Source of the DNA: an uncultured Alphaproteobacteria bacterium
Lineage (GTDB): Bacteria; Pseudomonadota; Alphaproteobacteria; Rhizobiales; Beijerinckiaceae
Assembly (NCBI GenBank): GCA_963754975.1
Contig: CAVWII010000017.1
Location: 14,287-78,286 of the forward strand
Direction: 5' to 3'
DNA length: 64,000 nucleotides
Part shown: positions 1-9,265 of the stretch, one piece after another
How positions within the stretch are numbered: the stretch's first letter is position 1
How the letters are laid out: the number at the start of each line of letters is the position of its first letter
Position numbers and translations under genes: made by a program
The notes under the pieces: generated by a model
Database searches by the model: none
What the model was told of the DNA's origin: nothing
The model's input: the letters and a program-made list of their open reading frames with translations, nothing else

Positions 1-114
1 GGCCCCAGTTTATTCCCGCCGGAAGGAGAGGGTCACAGCATCGCGGATCGAAATGGCGATCCAGGCGTTTTCAGGTGTTCGGCGCAGGGGCCGGATCGGG
101 GAAGCCGCCGGCCG

Positions 115-2098
115 ATGATGAAGCTTGGTCCTGCCTCTGAGGGTCGTTTCGGTCGACAGGTGAGCGTGCTTTCGCTCGCCGCTGCGCTGATCGTTCCCGA
201 TCTCTCGCCGTTAGGCTTCGCCGCGGGCGGATCCGGGTGGGACGCGCCCGCTTACGCCAAGGCGGGGGGCAACGGTAACGGCAACGGCGGCAACGGGAAC
301 GGCGGCAACGGGGAACGGCGGCAACGGGAATAGCGGCAACGGGAACGGCGGGAATGGGAACGGCGGCGGCAGGGGCGACGCCGGCGATCGCGACGGGGGG
401 AGCGGAAACGGGAAAGGCGGCGGGAATGGCAAAGGGGACGCCGCCGGGAGGGGCAACCAGGGCAACGGGAACGGCAAGGGGAACGCAAGCGCCGCCGGAA
501 TCGGCAACGCGAACGGGAACGCCGGCGGAAACGGGAAAGGCAACGGCGCCGGCGCCCGGGACGGCGGGAGCAGCGCCTTCGGGCACGATGGCGGGTCGAA
601 GAGCGCCTCGTCCGGCCGCGGCGGCAGAGCGAAGAGTGCCTCGGCCGGCCACGGCGCCGCCGCCCCGGTCAGGAGCCTCGGCGAGGCCCTCGCAGCCGGC
701 CTTGCGGCGGTGTTCTCGCCGCGGGCCATCCAACTGGACACCAGCCGGCGCGAACGCCACAGGGAGGCCCGGCTCGACCGGCCCGGACGCGCGGGCCGAG
801 GCCAGGCCCCGGGCGCCGCCGCATCGACGGACCCCAAATCCGCGCGGCCCGCTTCGCAAGCAGCGGCCGCCTCTGCGACGGGAGATGCCGCGCCGCGCCT
901 CGGCTCCGCCGGCCGGCCGCTGGCCGCAACCCGATCCATAATCGTCAGCGATCTGCGCCCGGAGAGCCTGAGCCGGCTCGCCCGCCGCGGCATTCGCGCG
1001 GCGGACGCGACACAGGGCACGCTCGGCCCGCCGATCGTCCGGCTGCAGCTTCCGCGCGGCATGTCCGTCGCCGCCGCGCAGGGTCTTCTCCGCAAGGTGG
1101 ATTCCGGCGCGAACGCCGCCTCGGACACGTACTACTACGTTCAGGACGTGACCGGCGAAACGAAGCCCGCCGTAACACCGGTTTGCCCGGCAAGGGGCTG
1201 CGACCCGCGGACCCTCGTCGGCTGGTCGGAGCCCGACGACGACGAGGACGACCTGTGCGTCTCCTCGCCGACGATCGGGCTCATCGACACGAGAGTCGAT
1301 CCGTCCCATCCGGCGCTCGTGGGCCAGGATGTCGAGGTTCTTGCCCCGACCGGATCGGGGTCGGATCCCGACCACGGCTCCGCGATCGCGGCGCTCCTCG
1401 TCGGCAAGGCCGCGGATGCCCCGGGCCTGCTGCCGCGCGCGAAGCTTCTGGCGGTCGACGCCTTCAGCAGGGCTCCCGCCGCGAATGACAGAAGCGACGT
1501 GCTCAGCCTCGTCATGGCGATCGAGGCCCTGACGGCGCGCGGCGTCAAGGTCATCAACCTCAGCTTGGCCGGTCCGGCGAACCCGCTGCTCCAGCGCGCC
1601 ATCGATGTGGCGTCCGCCGCCGGGGTCATCATCGTCGCCGCCGCCGGCAACGAAGGTCCCGCCGCCGGGCCCGCCTATCCCGCTGCGTATTCGGGCGTCA
1701 TCGCGGTCACTGCGGTCGATCGCAACCTTGCGGTCTATCGCAGAGCCAATCGGGGCGACTACGTCGACATCGCGGCGCCGGGCGTCGAGGTTCCGGTGAC
1801 GTCGGGTGACAAGGGCGTGACCCTCAGATCGGGCACATCCTATGCGGCGCCTTACGTCGCCGCGACCGCGGCGGCCTTGTCCTTGGGCCGCAGCGCGGCC
1901 ACGGTTCGCGCCCTTCTCGACGGCGCCGCCCGCGATCTCGGCCCGCCCGGTCGCGATCCAACCTTCGGCTGGGGCCTGCTTCAGGCATCGGCCGTCTGCA
2001 TCAAGAACCCTGCACCCGCGGAAATGCCGGTCCAAGCAAGAGCAGACGGGACGGGGAGTCCGCCGCCCGCGCCGGAAAGTATCCATTCGACGGAATAA
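115..2098 (+). CDS. S8 (subtilase) serine peptidase with signal-like N-terminus and long Gly/Asn-rich linker; one +1 frameshift at ~310-313
   Basis: Catalytic motifs IGLIDT, DHGSAIAALL, INLSL, AAAGN, GTSYAAPYV in ORF 710..2098. ORF 115..333 supplies a hydrophobic leader and GGNGNG repeats. Removing one G at ~311 joins the two frames. Confidence 0.85.
265..550 (+). repeat. Degenerate GGC/GGG-AAC codon repeats encoding Gly-Asn low-complexity tract
   Basis: ggcaacggtaacggcaacggcggcaacgggaac... repeated within the subtilase 5' region. Confidence 0.85.
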
Positions 2099-2116
2099 GC
2101 CGGATCGGCCCGCGTT
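2092..2116 (+). promoter_or_regulatory. ECF-sigma-type promoter GGAAT-N16-CGTT
   Basis: GGAAT 2092-2096 and CGTT 2113-2116 upstream of the 2189 gene. Near-match to the alphaproteobacterial GGAAC-N16/17-CGTT motif. Confidence 0.5.
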
Positions 2117-2188
2117 TACTCAATGAAGACGTTCGCCGCATCTCGGCGCAACGCTTGCAGTCCGTCACTCATCGCGGAGATCCATGAA

Positions 2189-3088
2189 ATGAGACGTCTC
2201 GCTTTCGGTCTTGTTGCGGCGCTGCTTGGCAGCGTCGCGTTCGCCCAGACCTCCCCGTCGCCGTCCGGGTCCGACTCCAACGCCGTTCGGCGTCCGAACG
2301 CCGAAGCGCCGCAATCCTCCTCTCGGGGATCGGACATGAATCCGGCTCGGAGTGGATCCTCGAGCCGCGAGCAGGCCGGTACGAGCGGCCAGGTCGGCGT
2401 TTCCAGTGGTCGGGATGCGTCAAGCACGACGCGTATCGGCACCGACACGAGCGCGCGGAGCCGGGTGAATGTCGGGGTCGGCGTCGAACGTCCTGAAGGC
2501 GTGTCGGTCCGTCGGCGCACGAGCGTCCGCGACTACGGCGACAGCCCGAGCGTCACGACCATCCACCGGCGCCGTTCGGTGACGACCTATGAGGAACCGG
2601 ACGAGGTCTCCCGCACCGTGATCAAGAAGAAGCCATCGAAGCGGGTGGCCGTCGTGCATTCGAAGAAGCCGAAGAAGCGCTATGTCGTGAGATCGCACCG
2701 CGTCGTCGAAGAGCCGTCCGTGACGATCGAGCGGCGCCGCACCGTGCGACGCTACGAGACGACCGAGCCGAGCGTGTCCGTCCGCAGCCGCACGGCCTAC
2801 CGCCGCGCCCCCGGGGTCGATGTCGGCGTCGGCGTGTCGACGACGGAGCGGCGCGGCATGTCGGTTGAGAGCCGGTCCGGCGGCGGTGCCGGCGCGACGA
2901 CGACACGGCAGCGTGCGACGACATCGACCGCGAGCCCGACCGAGACCGGAGCCGTGACGACCCGATCCGGTCCGTCTTCGGATTCGGGTGCGGCCGCGCG
3001 CAGCTCCGGGAGCGCCGACGAGGCATCGCGGACGACCTCCGGCGCCGGAGCCTCCGCGAAGCCGAAGCCGCCCATCCAGGGACAGTAG
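2189..3088 (+). CDS. Secreted Ser/Arg/Thr/Val-rich repeat protein, unknown function
   Basis: GGAGA RBS at 2176. Sec signal MRRLAFGLVAALLGSVAFA-Q. Open frame 2123..3088 with internal PSV(T/S)..RRR.V..Y repeats. Confidence 0.7.
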   Translation: MRRLAFGLVAALLGSVAFAQTSPSPSGSDSNAVRRPNAEAPQSSSRGSDMNPARSGSSSREQAGTSGQVGVSSGRDASSTTRIGTDTSARSRVNVGVGVERPEGVSVRRRTSVRDYGDSPSVTTIHRRRSVTTYEEPDEVSRTVIKKKPSKRVAVVHSKKPKKRYVVRSHRVVEEPSVTIERRRTVRRYETTEPSVSVRSRTAYRRAPGVDVGVGVSTTERRGMSVESRSGGGAGATTTRQRATTSTASPTETGAVTTRSGPSSDSGAAARSSGSADEASRTTSGAGASAKPKPPIQGQ

Positions 3089-3307
3089 CGGGCGCACGCC
3101 GCGCGGCGCGAGGCCGGCTTCGCGTAGGCAAACGCAAACGCCAACCTCGCCCGCGGATTTCGAAGTGTCCTGCGCGGCCACTACGGAACGAATGGAGCCG
3201 GCGACTTCTTCCTGTGAAGAGTCGTCGGCGAGACCGGGTGGGCGGGGTGGCCGCGCGTCTCGGGCAATCCGTTGTGCCGGCCCTTCGCGAGAGAATGTTA
3301 GACTCGC

Positions 3308-3333
3308 GGAATAAACGGCTCGAACGTTTCGTT
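3308..3333 (+). promoter_or_regulatory. ECF-sigma-type promoter GGAAT-N17-CGTT
   Basis: GGAATAAA at 3308 and CGTT at 3330-3333, upstream of the 3456 ORF. Confidence 0.45.
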
Positions 3334-3455
3334 AGCCTCTCGGGGTAAGGGCGGAAAGCCGATCCGGCTGGCGGGGGACGCCCGCGCCGAACGAGGCAGC
3401 CCGCCATGACCATCGGAAGCCGGTCCCTCGTCTCGCCGTACCGATCGCACGAGCC

Positions 3456-3692
3456 ATGAATTCGAAGTTTTCCGCAGACGTCATCAGATGTCGCCATTGT
3501 GGCGGTCGGGAGATCGAAGTGAGGACGAAACTTCACCGGGAGGCGCTCGTCCGCTGCTGCGGCTGCGGAGCGACGCTTTGGGCATGGCGGGAGTTTCTGC
3601 ACCTCATCGAGGCGCGCTCGCCCTCCGAGGACCAGGCCGATCCCAGGGCCCGCGCAGACCCGATGCCCAGCAGGCGAAATGCCCGACGGTGA
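3456..3692 (+). CDS. Small putative zinc-ribbon protein (78 aa)
   Basis: CRHC...CCGC cysteine pairs with zinc-ribbon spacing, followed by an amphipathic segment. Confidence 0.5.
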   Translation: MNSKFSADVIRCRHCGGREIEVRTKLHREALVRCCGCGATLWAWREFLHLIEARSPSEDQADPRARADPMPSRRNARR

Positions 3693-3867
3693 CGTTTCGC
3701 GGAGCGCGGTCGAACGGTTCAGCCGACATTCACAGACTAACGATATGTTAATGATGCGCGTCGCGGTCGCAACGACCCGATGGCGATCCATTTCCGTGCA
3801 GCGCCTTGCCGTCTCTGAGCGGGACGATCGAATCGTCGCGCCGAGGCGTTTGGGAGGAGGAATACTG

Positions 3868-4107
3868 ATGCCGGCTTACAATCTCTTCCGGCGCAAGGGA
3901 GAGGAAACCCTCTATTGCGCCGTTCCTGAGGACACGTCGGTTCCTTCCTTCCTGACGGGCGAGGCGTGGGAATGGACCGAGACGCGCTCGCACGACGCCT
4001 TGTCCGATTTCGACGCCGCCGCCGCGGAGGCGTCGGTTCTCGCCAACGGATTCTATCTCTTCCACTCCGCGCGCGCCGCTGCCGATCTGCCAAGAAGCGA
4101 GCCCTGA
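3868..4107 (+). CDS. Small hypothetical protein (79 aa, MPAYNLFRRK...GFYLF)
   Basis: Strong GGAGGAGG RBS at 3853-3860 and globular-looking composition. Confidence 0.7.
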   Translation: MPAYNLFRRKGEETLYCAVPEDTSVPSFLTGEAWEWTETRSHDALSDFDAAAAEASVLANGFYLFHSARAAADLPRSEP

Positions 4108-4148
4108 CAACGCTTCCTCACGGCGCTTCGTCCCGTGTTCGACGAATC

Positions 4149-4174
4149 GGAATAGAGTGGACGGTCGGTCCGTT
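4149..4174 (+). promoter_or_regulatory. ECF-sigma-type promoter GGAAT-N17-CGTT
   Basis: GGAATA at 4149 and CGTT at 4171-4174. The predicted start site falls at about ATG 4182 (possible leaderless mRNA). Confidence 0.45.
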
Positions 4175-4181
4175 ATCGGCC

Positions 4182-4622
4182 ATGACCGTCATCGCAGGAG
4201 GCCGCCGTGCGCGTGATGTCAGTCTGATCGCCAACAGTATTCGCACGCCGGGATTCGGTGCCGCGGGCGACGCGCGAGGCGGGACACGAAAGGTCTCCGA
4301 CGCCCATCGCAGCGGTCGCGAATGGGGCGAGGCGGCCGCACTGCTGACGCTGATGGCCATGGAACAGGCCCGCGATGCGGGCGGGATGCAGGCGGCCATG
4401 AACAACCTCGGACGACTTTTCAGTCTCGCCGTCCGCACGGTGAGCGAAAGAAGCGGAAAGGCGGTGGCCGTCGCCTTCGCCTCAGCCGCGATCGCCATCA
4501 TTCACGACCTGATCGCGGGATTCGACGACATCCTCGACCCGACGGCCTATCGGATACGCCCGAGGCCGGCGCAGGAGGCGATCCCGCGAGACGGCCGCGC
4601 CCTGGCCAAGGGAGTCCGATGA
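4182..4622 (+). CDS. Hypothetical helical protein
   Basis: Open frame with an Ala/Leu-rich helical core. No family recognised and the start is uncertain. Confidence 0.4.
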   Translation: MTVIAGGRRARDVSLIANSIRTPGFGAAGDARGGTRKVSDAHRSGREWGEAAALLTLMAMEQARDAGGMQAAMNNLGRLFSLAVRTVSERSGKAVAVAFASAAIAIIHDLIAGFDDILDPTAYRIRPRPAQEAIPRDGRALAKGVR

Positions 4623-4750
4623 AGGAGAGCATGGAGGCGGCGCTGACATTCGCGCTCGTCGCCGGACCGATCGCGGCGGGCATCGGCGTGACGTTCGGAA
4701 TGACTGCTTCCGTGCTGAGAAGGTTGCGTTCGAGCCGCGCTATCGCCGCA

Positions 4751-5764
4751 TTAATCGCCCGGCCGCTCCCACCGCCCGCTCTCCGCTGACCTGAAGATCG
4801 CGTCGATGACTTTCATGTTGGCGATCGCGTCCTCGATCGGCCAGTCGGGCGTCTTTTCGCCCAGGACGACGCGGGAAAAATCGTCGCCCTGCAGCGTGTA
4901 TTGGTTGCAGGGCGGGATCTCCTCCACGGCGATCTTCGAGCCGGCGAGGTCGCTGCCGTCGTCGACGAGAACGCGGCTCGGCTCGTCGGGCTTGGCGTTG
5001 AACGGGATCTGGACCTCGACGCGACCCTTCGTGCCGACGATCTGGACGCGCTGATAGGCGACGAGCTGCGTCGAGCAGATGAAGCTCAAGTGGCGCGCCC
5101 CCGGGAATGCGGCGAGCGCGCTCGTCATCCGGTCGGTACCGAGAGCAGGATCGCGGTCGATGAGGCCGACGACTCTGTCGGGCTCCGCGCCGAAGATATA
5201 GCGCGCGGTGAGGATCGCGTAGCAGCCGATGTCGTAGAGGCCGCCGCCGCCGATATCCGCCTGATTGCGGATGTTGGCGGGATCGGCGTTGTAATAGGAG
5301 AAGAACGTCTGGATGGCGCGCACGTCGCCGATCCGCCCGCTGCGGGCGATCTCGCGGGCTCGCTGCCATTGCGGGTGGTGGCGGACCATGAAGGCCTCGA
5401 CGACATGCCGGCCGGTGCGCTCGCGCGCCTCGATCAGGAGTTCCGCTTCCGGCCGCGACAACGCGATCGGCTTCTCGCAGAGGACGTGCTTGCCGGCCTC
5501 CATGGCCTTGACGGTCCAGGGGACGTGCAGGTGGTTCGGCAGCGGGTTGTAGATCGCGGTGATGTCGGGATCGGCGAGCAGCTCCTCGTAGGAGCCGTAG
5601 ACCTTCCCGATGCCGAGGCGGGCGGCGACCTCTCGTCCGCGGGCGAGATCCCGCGAGGCGATCGCGTCGACCCGCACAATCTCGCCGCGCTGCATCGCCG
5701 GGATGACCTTTTCGGTCCCGATCTTTGCCGTGCTCAGGACTCCCCAGGAAACGCTGCGCGCCAT
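4751..5764 (-). CDS. Gfo/Idh/MocA family oxidoreductase
   Basis: WGVLSTAKIG, YNPLPNHLH, HVLCEKP and GGGLYDIGCY motifs. Confidence 0.92.
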   Translation of the reverse strand: MARSVSWGVLSTAKIGTEKVIPAMQRGEIVRVDAIASRDLARGREVAARLGIGKVYGSYEELLADPDITAIYNPLPNHLHVPWTVKAMEAGKHVLCEKPIALSRPEAELLIEARERTGRHVVEAFMVRHHPQWQRAREIARSGRIGDVRAIQTFFSYYNADPANIRNQADIGGGGLYDIGCYAILTARYIFGAEPDRVVGLIDRDPALGTDRMTSALAAFPGARHLSFICSTQLVAYQRVQIVGTKGRVEVQIPFNAKPDEPSRVLVDDGSDLAGSKIAVEEIPPCNQYTLQGDDFSRVVLGEKTPDWPIEDAIANMKVIDAIFRSAESGRWERPGD

Positions 5765-5818
5765 CGCCGTCCATCCTCGTTGCAAGCGGGCGCCACGTTA
5801 GCGAGAGGCGCGCGAGCG

Positions 5819-6820
5819 TCAACCGTAGAAGGCCGGACGCGGCTCGAGGCGCACCGCCGCCGGGCCTTCCCGCTCGAGGGCCGCAAGGCAGGCGGCGGCC
5901 GTCGCCGTTGCGGCGTAGCCGTCCCAGGCGCTGGCGCCGGCGGGGACGCCCGTCCGGACCGAATCGACGAAGGCCTGGAGCTGGCTCCGGTAGGCCGCCG
6001 CAAAATGCGCGCGCCAATCCTCGGCGAAGCTTGCGGCGTCCCGGCCCTCGGTGCGGACGCGCAGCGGTGGCTGCGGCGCGAGCGCGATCGCGCCGGCCTC
6101 GCAGACGAGTTCCGCACGCACGTCGTAGCCGTAGCGCGCATTCACGAACACCTCGATGTCGACGAGGATTCCCTGCCGCGTCTCGAGCACGACGAATTGC
6201 GGATCCGCGAGGCCCCCCGAAGCGCGAGGCTGACGCCGGAAGATGGTCGCCGAGGCGAATTCGTCCTCAAGGAGAAACCGCGCGATGTCGATCTCGTGCA
6301 CGGCCGAATTGCTGATCAGCATGCCGGAATCGAACGAGGGCGGAACGCTCGCGTTCCGATGGACGCAATGCATCAGGAGGGGCGCGCCGAGCCCGCCCGC
6401 AACGATGGCGCTGCGCATCGCGAGGTAGCCGGGATCGAAGCGGCGCATGAAGCCGACCTGGACGAGGCGCCGGCCGAAGGCGGTCTCGGCGGCGACGATG
6501 CGCAGGCAGCCCTCGATCGTCGGCGCAAGCGGCTTCTCGCAGAGCACCGGCTTGCCGGCCGCAAGGCAGGCGAGGACGAGGCTCTCATGGGTCGGATCGG
6601 GCGAGGCGATCAGCACCGCCTCGACGGTGGGGTCGGCGATCAGGTCGCGGGCGTCCGCATGTACGCGGTCGGCGCCGCTCGCGGCCGCCACGGCGGCGGC
6701 CCGGGCTCCATCCGTGTCGGAGATCGCCGCGAGCGCCGCGCCCTTGACTGAACGCGCCAGCGTCAGGGCATGGTCGCCGCCCATGATGCCGGCGCCGATG
6801 ACGCCGATCCGAAGGTCCAT
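5819..6820 (-). CDS. Inositol 2-dehydrogenase-like Gfo/Idh/MocA oxidoreductase
   Basis: GVIGAGIMG, LCEKPLA, QVGFMRRFD, VHEID and YGYDVRAE motifs typical of IolG-like proteins. Confidence 0.9.
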   Translation of the reverse strand: MDLRIGVIGAGIMGGDHALTLARSVKGAALAAISDTDGARAAAVAAASGADRVHADARDLIADPTVEAVLIASPDPTHESLVLACLAAGKPVLCEKPLAPTIEGCLRIVAAETAFGRRLVQVGFMRRFDPGYLAMRSAIVAGGLGAPLLMHCVHRNASVPPSFDSGMLISNSAVHEIDIARFLLEDEFASATIFRRQPRASGGLADPQFVVLETRQGILVDIEVFVNARYGYDVRAELVCEAGAIALAPQPPLRVRTEGRDAASFAEDWRAHFAAAYRSQLQAFVDSVRTGVPAGASAWDGYAATATAAACLAALEREGPAAVRLEPRPAFYG

Positions 6821-6905
6821 GCCCAGCCCCCTGTTTGCCCGCGCCCGGCACAGCTTAGAGCGCGGCCCGCGGGAGGGAACACCCCCCGCGAAAAGGCAAT
6901 CTGCG

Positions 6906-6947
6906 TTGACAATGTGAAATGATTTTGAAATGCTAATTGTCAGACCA
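6906..6947 (+). promoter_or_regulatory. Sigma70-type promoter (TTGACA -35) with FadR/GntR-like operator TTGTCAGACCA
   Basis: AT-rich island. TTGACA at 6906-6911 and a TNGT-N3-ACNA motif at 6937-6947. Confidence 0.5.
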
Positions 6948-7040
6948 AATCATGGGAGGATCTTTCCGCGCCCCACCGCTTGGGCCAGCGGGGAGAAGCT
7001 GTGCGACATTGCCAATCGCATTGATCATCGGACAGACGCG

Positions 7041-8261
7041 ATGCCGAGCCATTCGAGACTGAGGACCGTCGACAGCGTCCGGCGGGCGGCGGAACGGCGG
7101 CTTCCGCGCGGGCTGTTCGAGTATGTCGACCGCGGAACCGAGCAGGAGATCGCGCTGCGCCGCGACCGGCCCGCCTACGACCGCATCAAGCTCGTGCCGC
7201 GCGTCCTCGTCGACGTCTCGAAGCGGTCGACGGCGCAGACGCTGTTCGGCCGCGAGGTGGCGATGCCGGTGGCGATCGCGCCGACGGGTTCGGCCGGGCT
7301 CGTCTGGCATCGCGGCGAAATCGCGCTTGCCCGGGCTGCGGCGGCGAAGGGCATTCCGTTCACCCTGGCGACGCGCTCGATGGCGGCGATCGAGACCGTC
7401 GCGGCGGAGGCCGGCGGCACGCTCTGGCTCCAGCTCTACGCTTCCGCCGACCGCGCCTTTTCCAGCGCGCTCCTCGCCCGCGCCGCCGCCGCGGGTTTCG
7501 AGGCGCTCATCGTCACCGTCGACACGCCGACGACGCCGCGCCGCGACTACAACGAGGAGAACGGCTTCTCGATTCCCTTCAGGCCGACGGTGCGCGGGCT
7601 CGCCGATATGCTGCGCCATCCGCGTTGGCTCGCGGAAGTCCTCGGTCCCTATCTGCGCGAAGGCGGGCTGCCGCGGCTCGAGAACATGCCCGGCCGGCCG
7701 CGCATCACCGAGGGTCTTCCGGCGTCGTCGATACTCGACGGCAAGCTCACCTTCGACGACCTTCGCGCGCTTCGCGAGCAATGGCCCGGCCCCTTCGTCG
7801 TGAAGGGAATCCTGCATCCCAAGGATGCGGTCCGGGCGGTCGATCTCGGCGCCGACGCGATCGTGGTCTCGAACCACGGCGGCCGCAACCTCGACAGCGC
7901 CGCGACGCCGATCGAGGTCCTGCCTTCGATCGTCGCCGCGCTCGACGGCCGGGCGGCCGTGCTCGTCGACGGCGGCATCGAGCGCGGCAGCGACATCGCG
8001 AAGGCTCTGGCCCTCGGTGCAAAAGCCGTGCTCGTCGGGCGCGCGACGCTCTACGGCACCGCCGTCGCGGGCCAGGCCGGCGCCGAGCACGTCCTGTCGA
8101 TCCTCGAACGCGAACTTCTCTACACGATGGCGATGCTCGGCTGCCCGCGCATCGCCGATCTCGGACCGGGCATTCTGCACGACCCGGCCGCGAAGCCCGC
8201 CCGCTCTCCGCCCGCGAGCCCACGCCGCAGCGCGGCAAGCCTGGGCGCCAAGACCCGGTGA
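7041..8261 (+). CDS. FMN-dependent alpha-hydroxy-acid oxidase/dehydrogenase (LldD/mandelate DH family)
   Basis: IAPTG, WLQLY, TVDTP, VKGI, SNHGGRNLD and DGGI..GSD motifs. Confidence 0.93.
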   Translation: MPSHSRLRTVDSVRRAAERRLPRGLFEYVDRGTEQEIALRRDRPAYDRIKLVPRVLVDVSKRSTAQTLFGREVAMPVAIAPTGSAGLVWHRGEIALARAAAAKGIPFTLATRSMAAIETVAAEAGGTLWLQLYASADRAFSSALLARAAAAGFEALIVTVDTPTTPRRDYNEENGFSIPFRPTVRGLADMLRHPRWLAEVLGPYLREGGLPRLENMPGRPRITEGLPASSILDGKLTFDDLRALREQWPGPFVVKGILHPKDAVRAVDLGADAIVVSNHGGRNLDSAATPIEVLPSIVAALDGRAAVLVDGGIERGSDIAKALALGAKAVLVGRATLYGTAVAGQAGAEHVLSILERELLYTMAMLGCPRIADLGPGILHDPAAKPARSPPASPRRSAASLGAKTR

Positions 8262-8266
8262 CCGCC

Positions 8267-9265
8267 ATGCACATCAGCAGCCTTGACGTCTGGACTCCGA
8301 AGATTCAGGACGAGGTTCGAGCGCACCTGCCGGAGGGTTTCACGATCCGCTTCGCCGCCTCCTACGACGAGAGCGAGCAGGCGCGGCTCGCCGCCGAGGC
8401 CGATTTCATCCTCGCCGGCTGGGCCGGGGTAACCGGGGCGATGATCCGCACCGCACCGCGGCTGCGCATGATCCAGAAGTGGGGCATCGGCGTCGATCGC
8501 ATCGACCTCGCGGCAGCAGAGCGCGCCGGCGTCGTCGTCGCCATCGCGGCGGGCTCGAACGCGAGCGCGGTCGCCGAGCACGCAATCATGCTGATGCTCG
8601 CCGTCTACCGCCGGCTCTCGCTCATCGACGCCGCGACCCATGACGGGCGCTGGCTCTTCGCAGAGATGCGCGAGCGCTGCTTCCAGCTCCGGGGCAAGAC
8701 TGTCGGCCTCGTCGGCTTCGGCCACATCGGTCGCGCCGTCGCGAAAAAACTGTCCGGCTTCGAGGTCTCGGTGCTCTACCGAGATCCGGTCGAGCCGCCG
8801 CCCGAGGTCGCGCGGGCGCTCGGGGCGGAAGCGGTCTCCTTCGACGCACTCCTCGCCCGCAGCGACGTCGTCAGCCTGCATCTTCCAGGCGGCGCGGCGA
8901 ACCGGCACGTCATCGACGCGAAGGCGCTGGCGCGGATGAAGCGCGGGGCGGTCCTTGTCAATACGGCGCGCGGCGACGTCCTCGACGAGACGGCGCTGTG
9001 CGAGGCTTTGCGCAGCGGCCATCTCATGGGCGCGGGCCTCGACGTCTACGAGCCCGAGCCGCCGCGCCCGAACAATCCGCTGCTCGCCTTCGACCAGGTC
9101 GTGCTGACGCCACACACCGCGGGCAGTGTCTTCGACAATGTCGGCAACGTCGCTCGGCACGCCTTCGGCAACATGCTGAAGGTTATGCGCGGCGAGGATC
9201 TCAGCGCCGCCGATGCCGTCGTCCTGCCGCAGGGCCGCCGCGGCCCGGCGGGAGGCGCCTCGTGA
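8267..9265 (+). CDS. D-2-hydroxyacid dehydrogenase
   Basis: GIGVDRID, AVAEHA, GLVGFGHIG, VNTARG, GLDVY and TPHTAG motifs. Confidence 0.92.
   Translation: MHISSLDVWTPKIQDEVRAHLPEGFTIRFAASYDESEQARLAAEADFILAGWAGVTGAMIRTAPRLRMIQKWGIGVDRIDLAAAERAGVVVAIAAGSNASAVAEHAIMLMLAVYRRLSLIDAATHDGRWLFAEMRERCFQLRGKTVGLVGFGHIGRAVAKKLSGFEVSVLYRDPVEPPPEVARALGAEAVSFDALLARSDVVSLHLPGGAANRHVIDAKALARMKRGAVLVNTARGDVLDETALCEALRSGHLMGAGLDVYEPEPPRPNNPLLAFDQVVLTPHTAGSVFDNVGNVARHAFGNMLKVMRGEDLSAADAVVLPQGRRGPAGGAS

Noticed and set aside
4619-4789. Small membrane ORF MKESMEAALTFALV...
   Set aside because: It has an ATGA overlap and one hydrophobic stretch, but overlaps the convergent oxidoreductase 3' end and has no other support, so it is not called.
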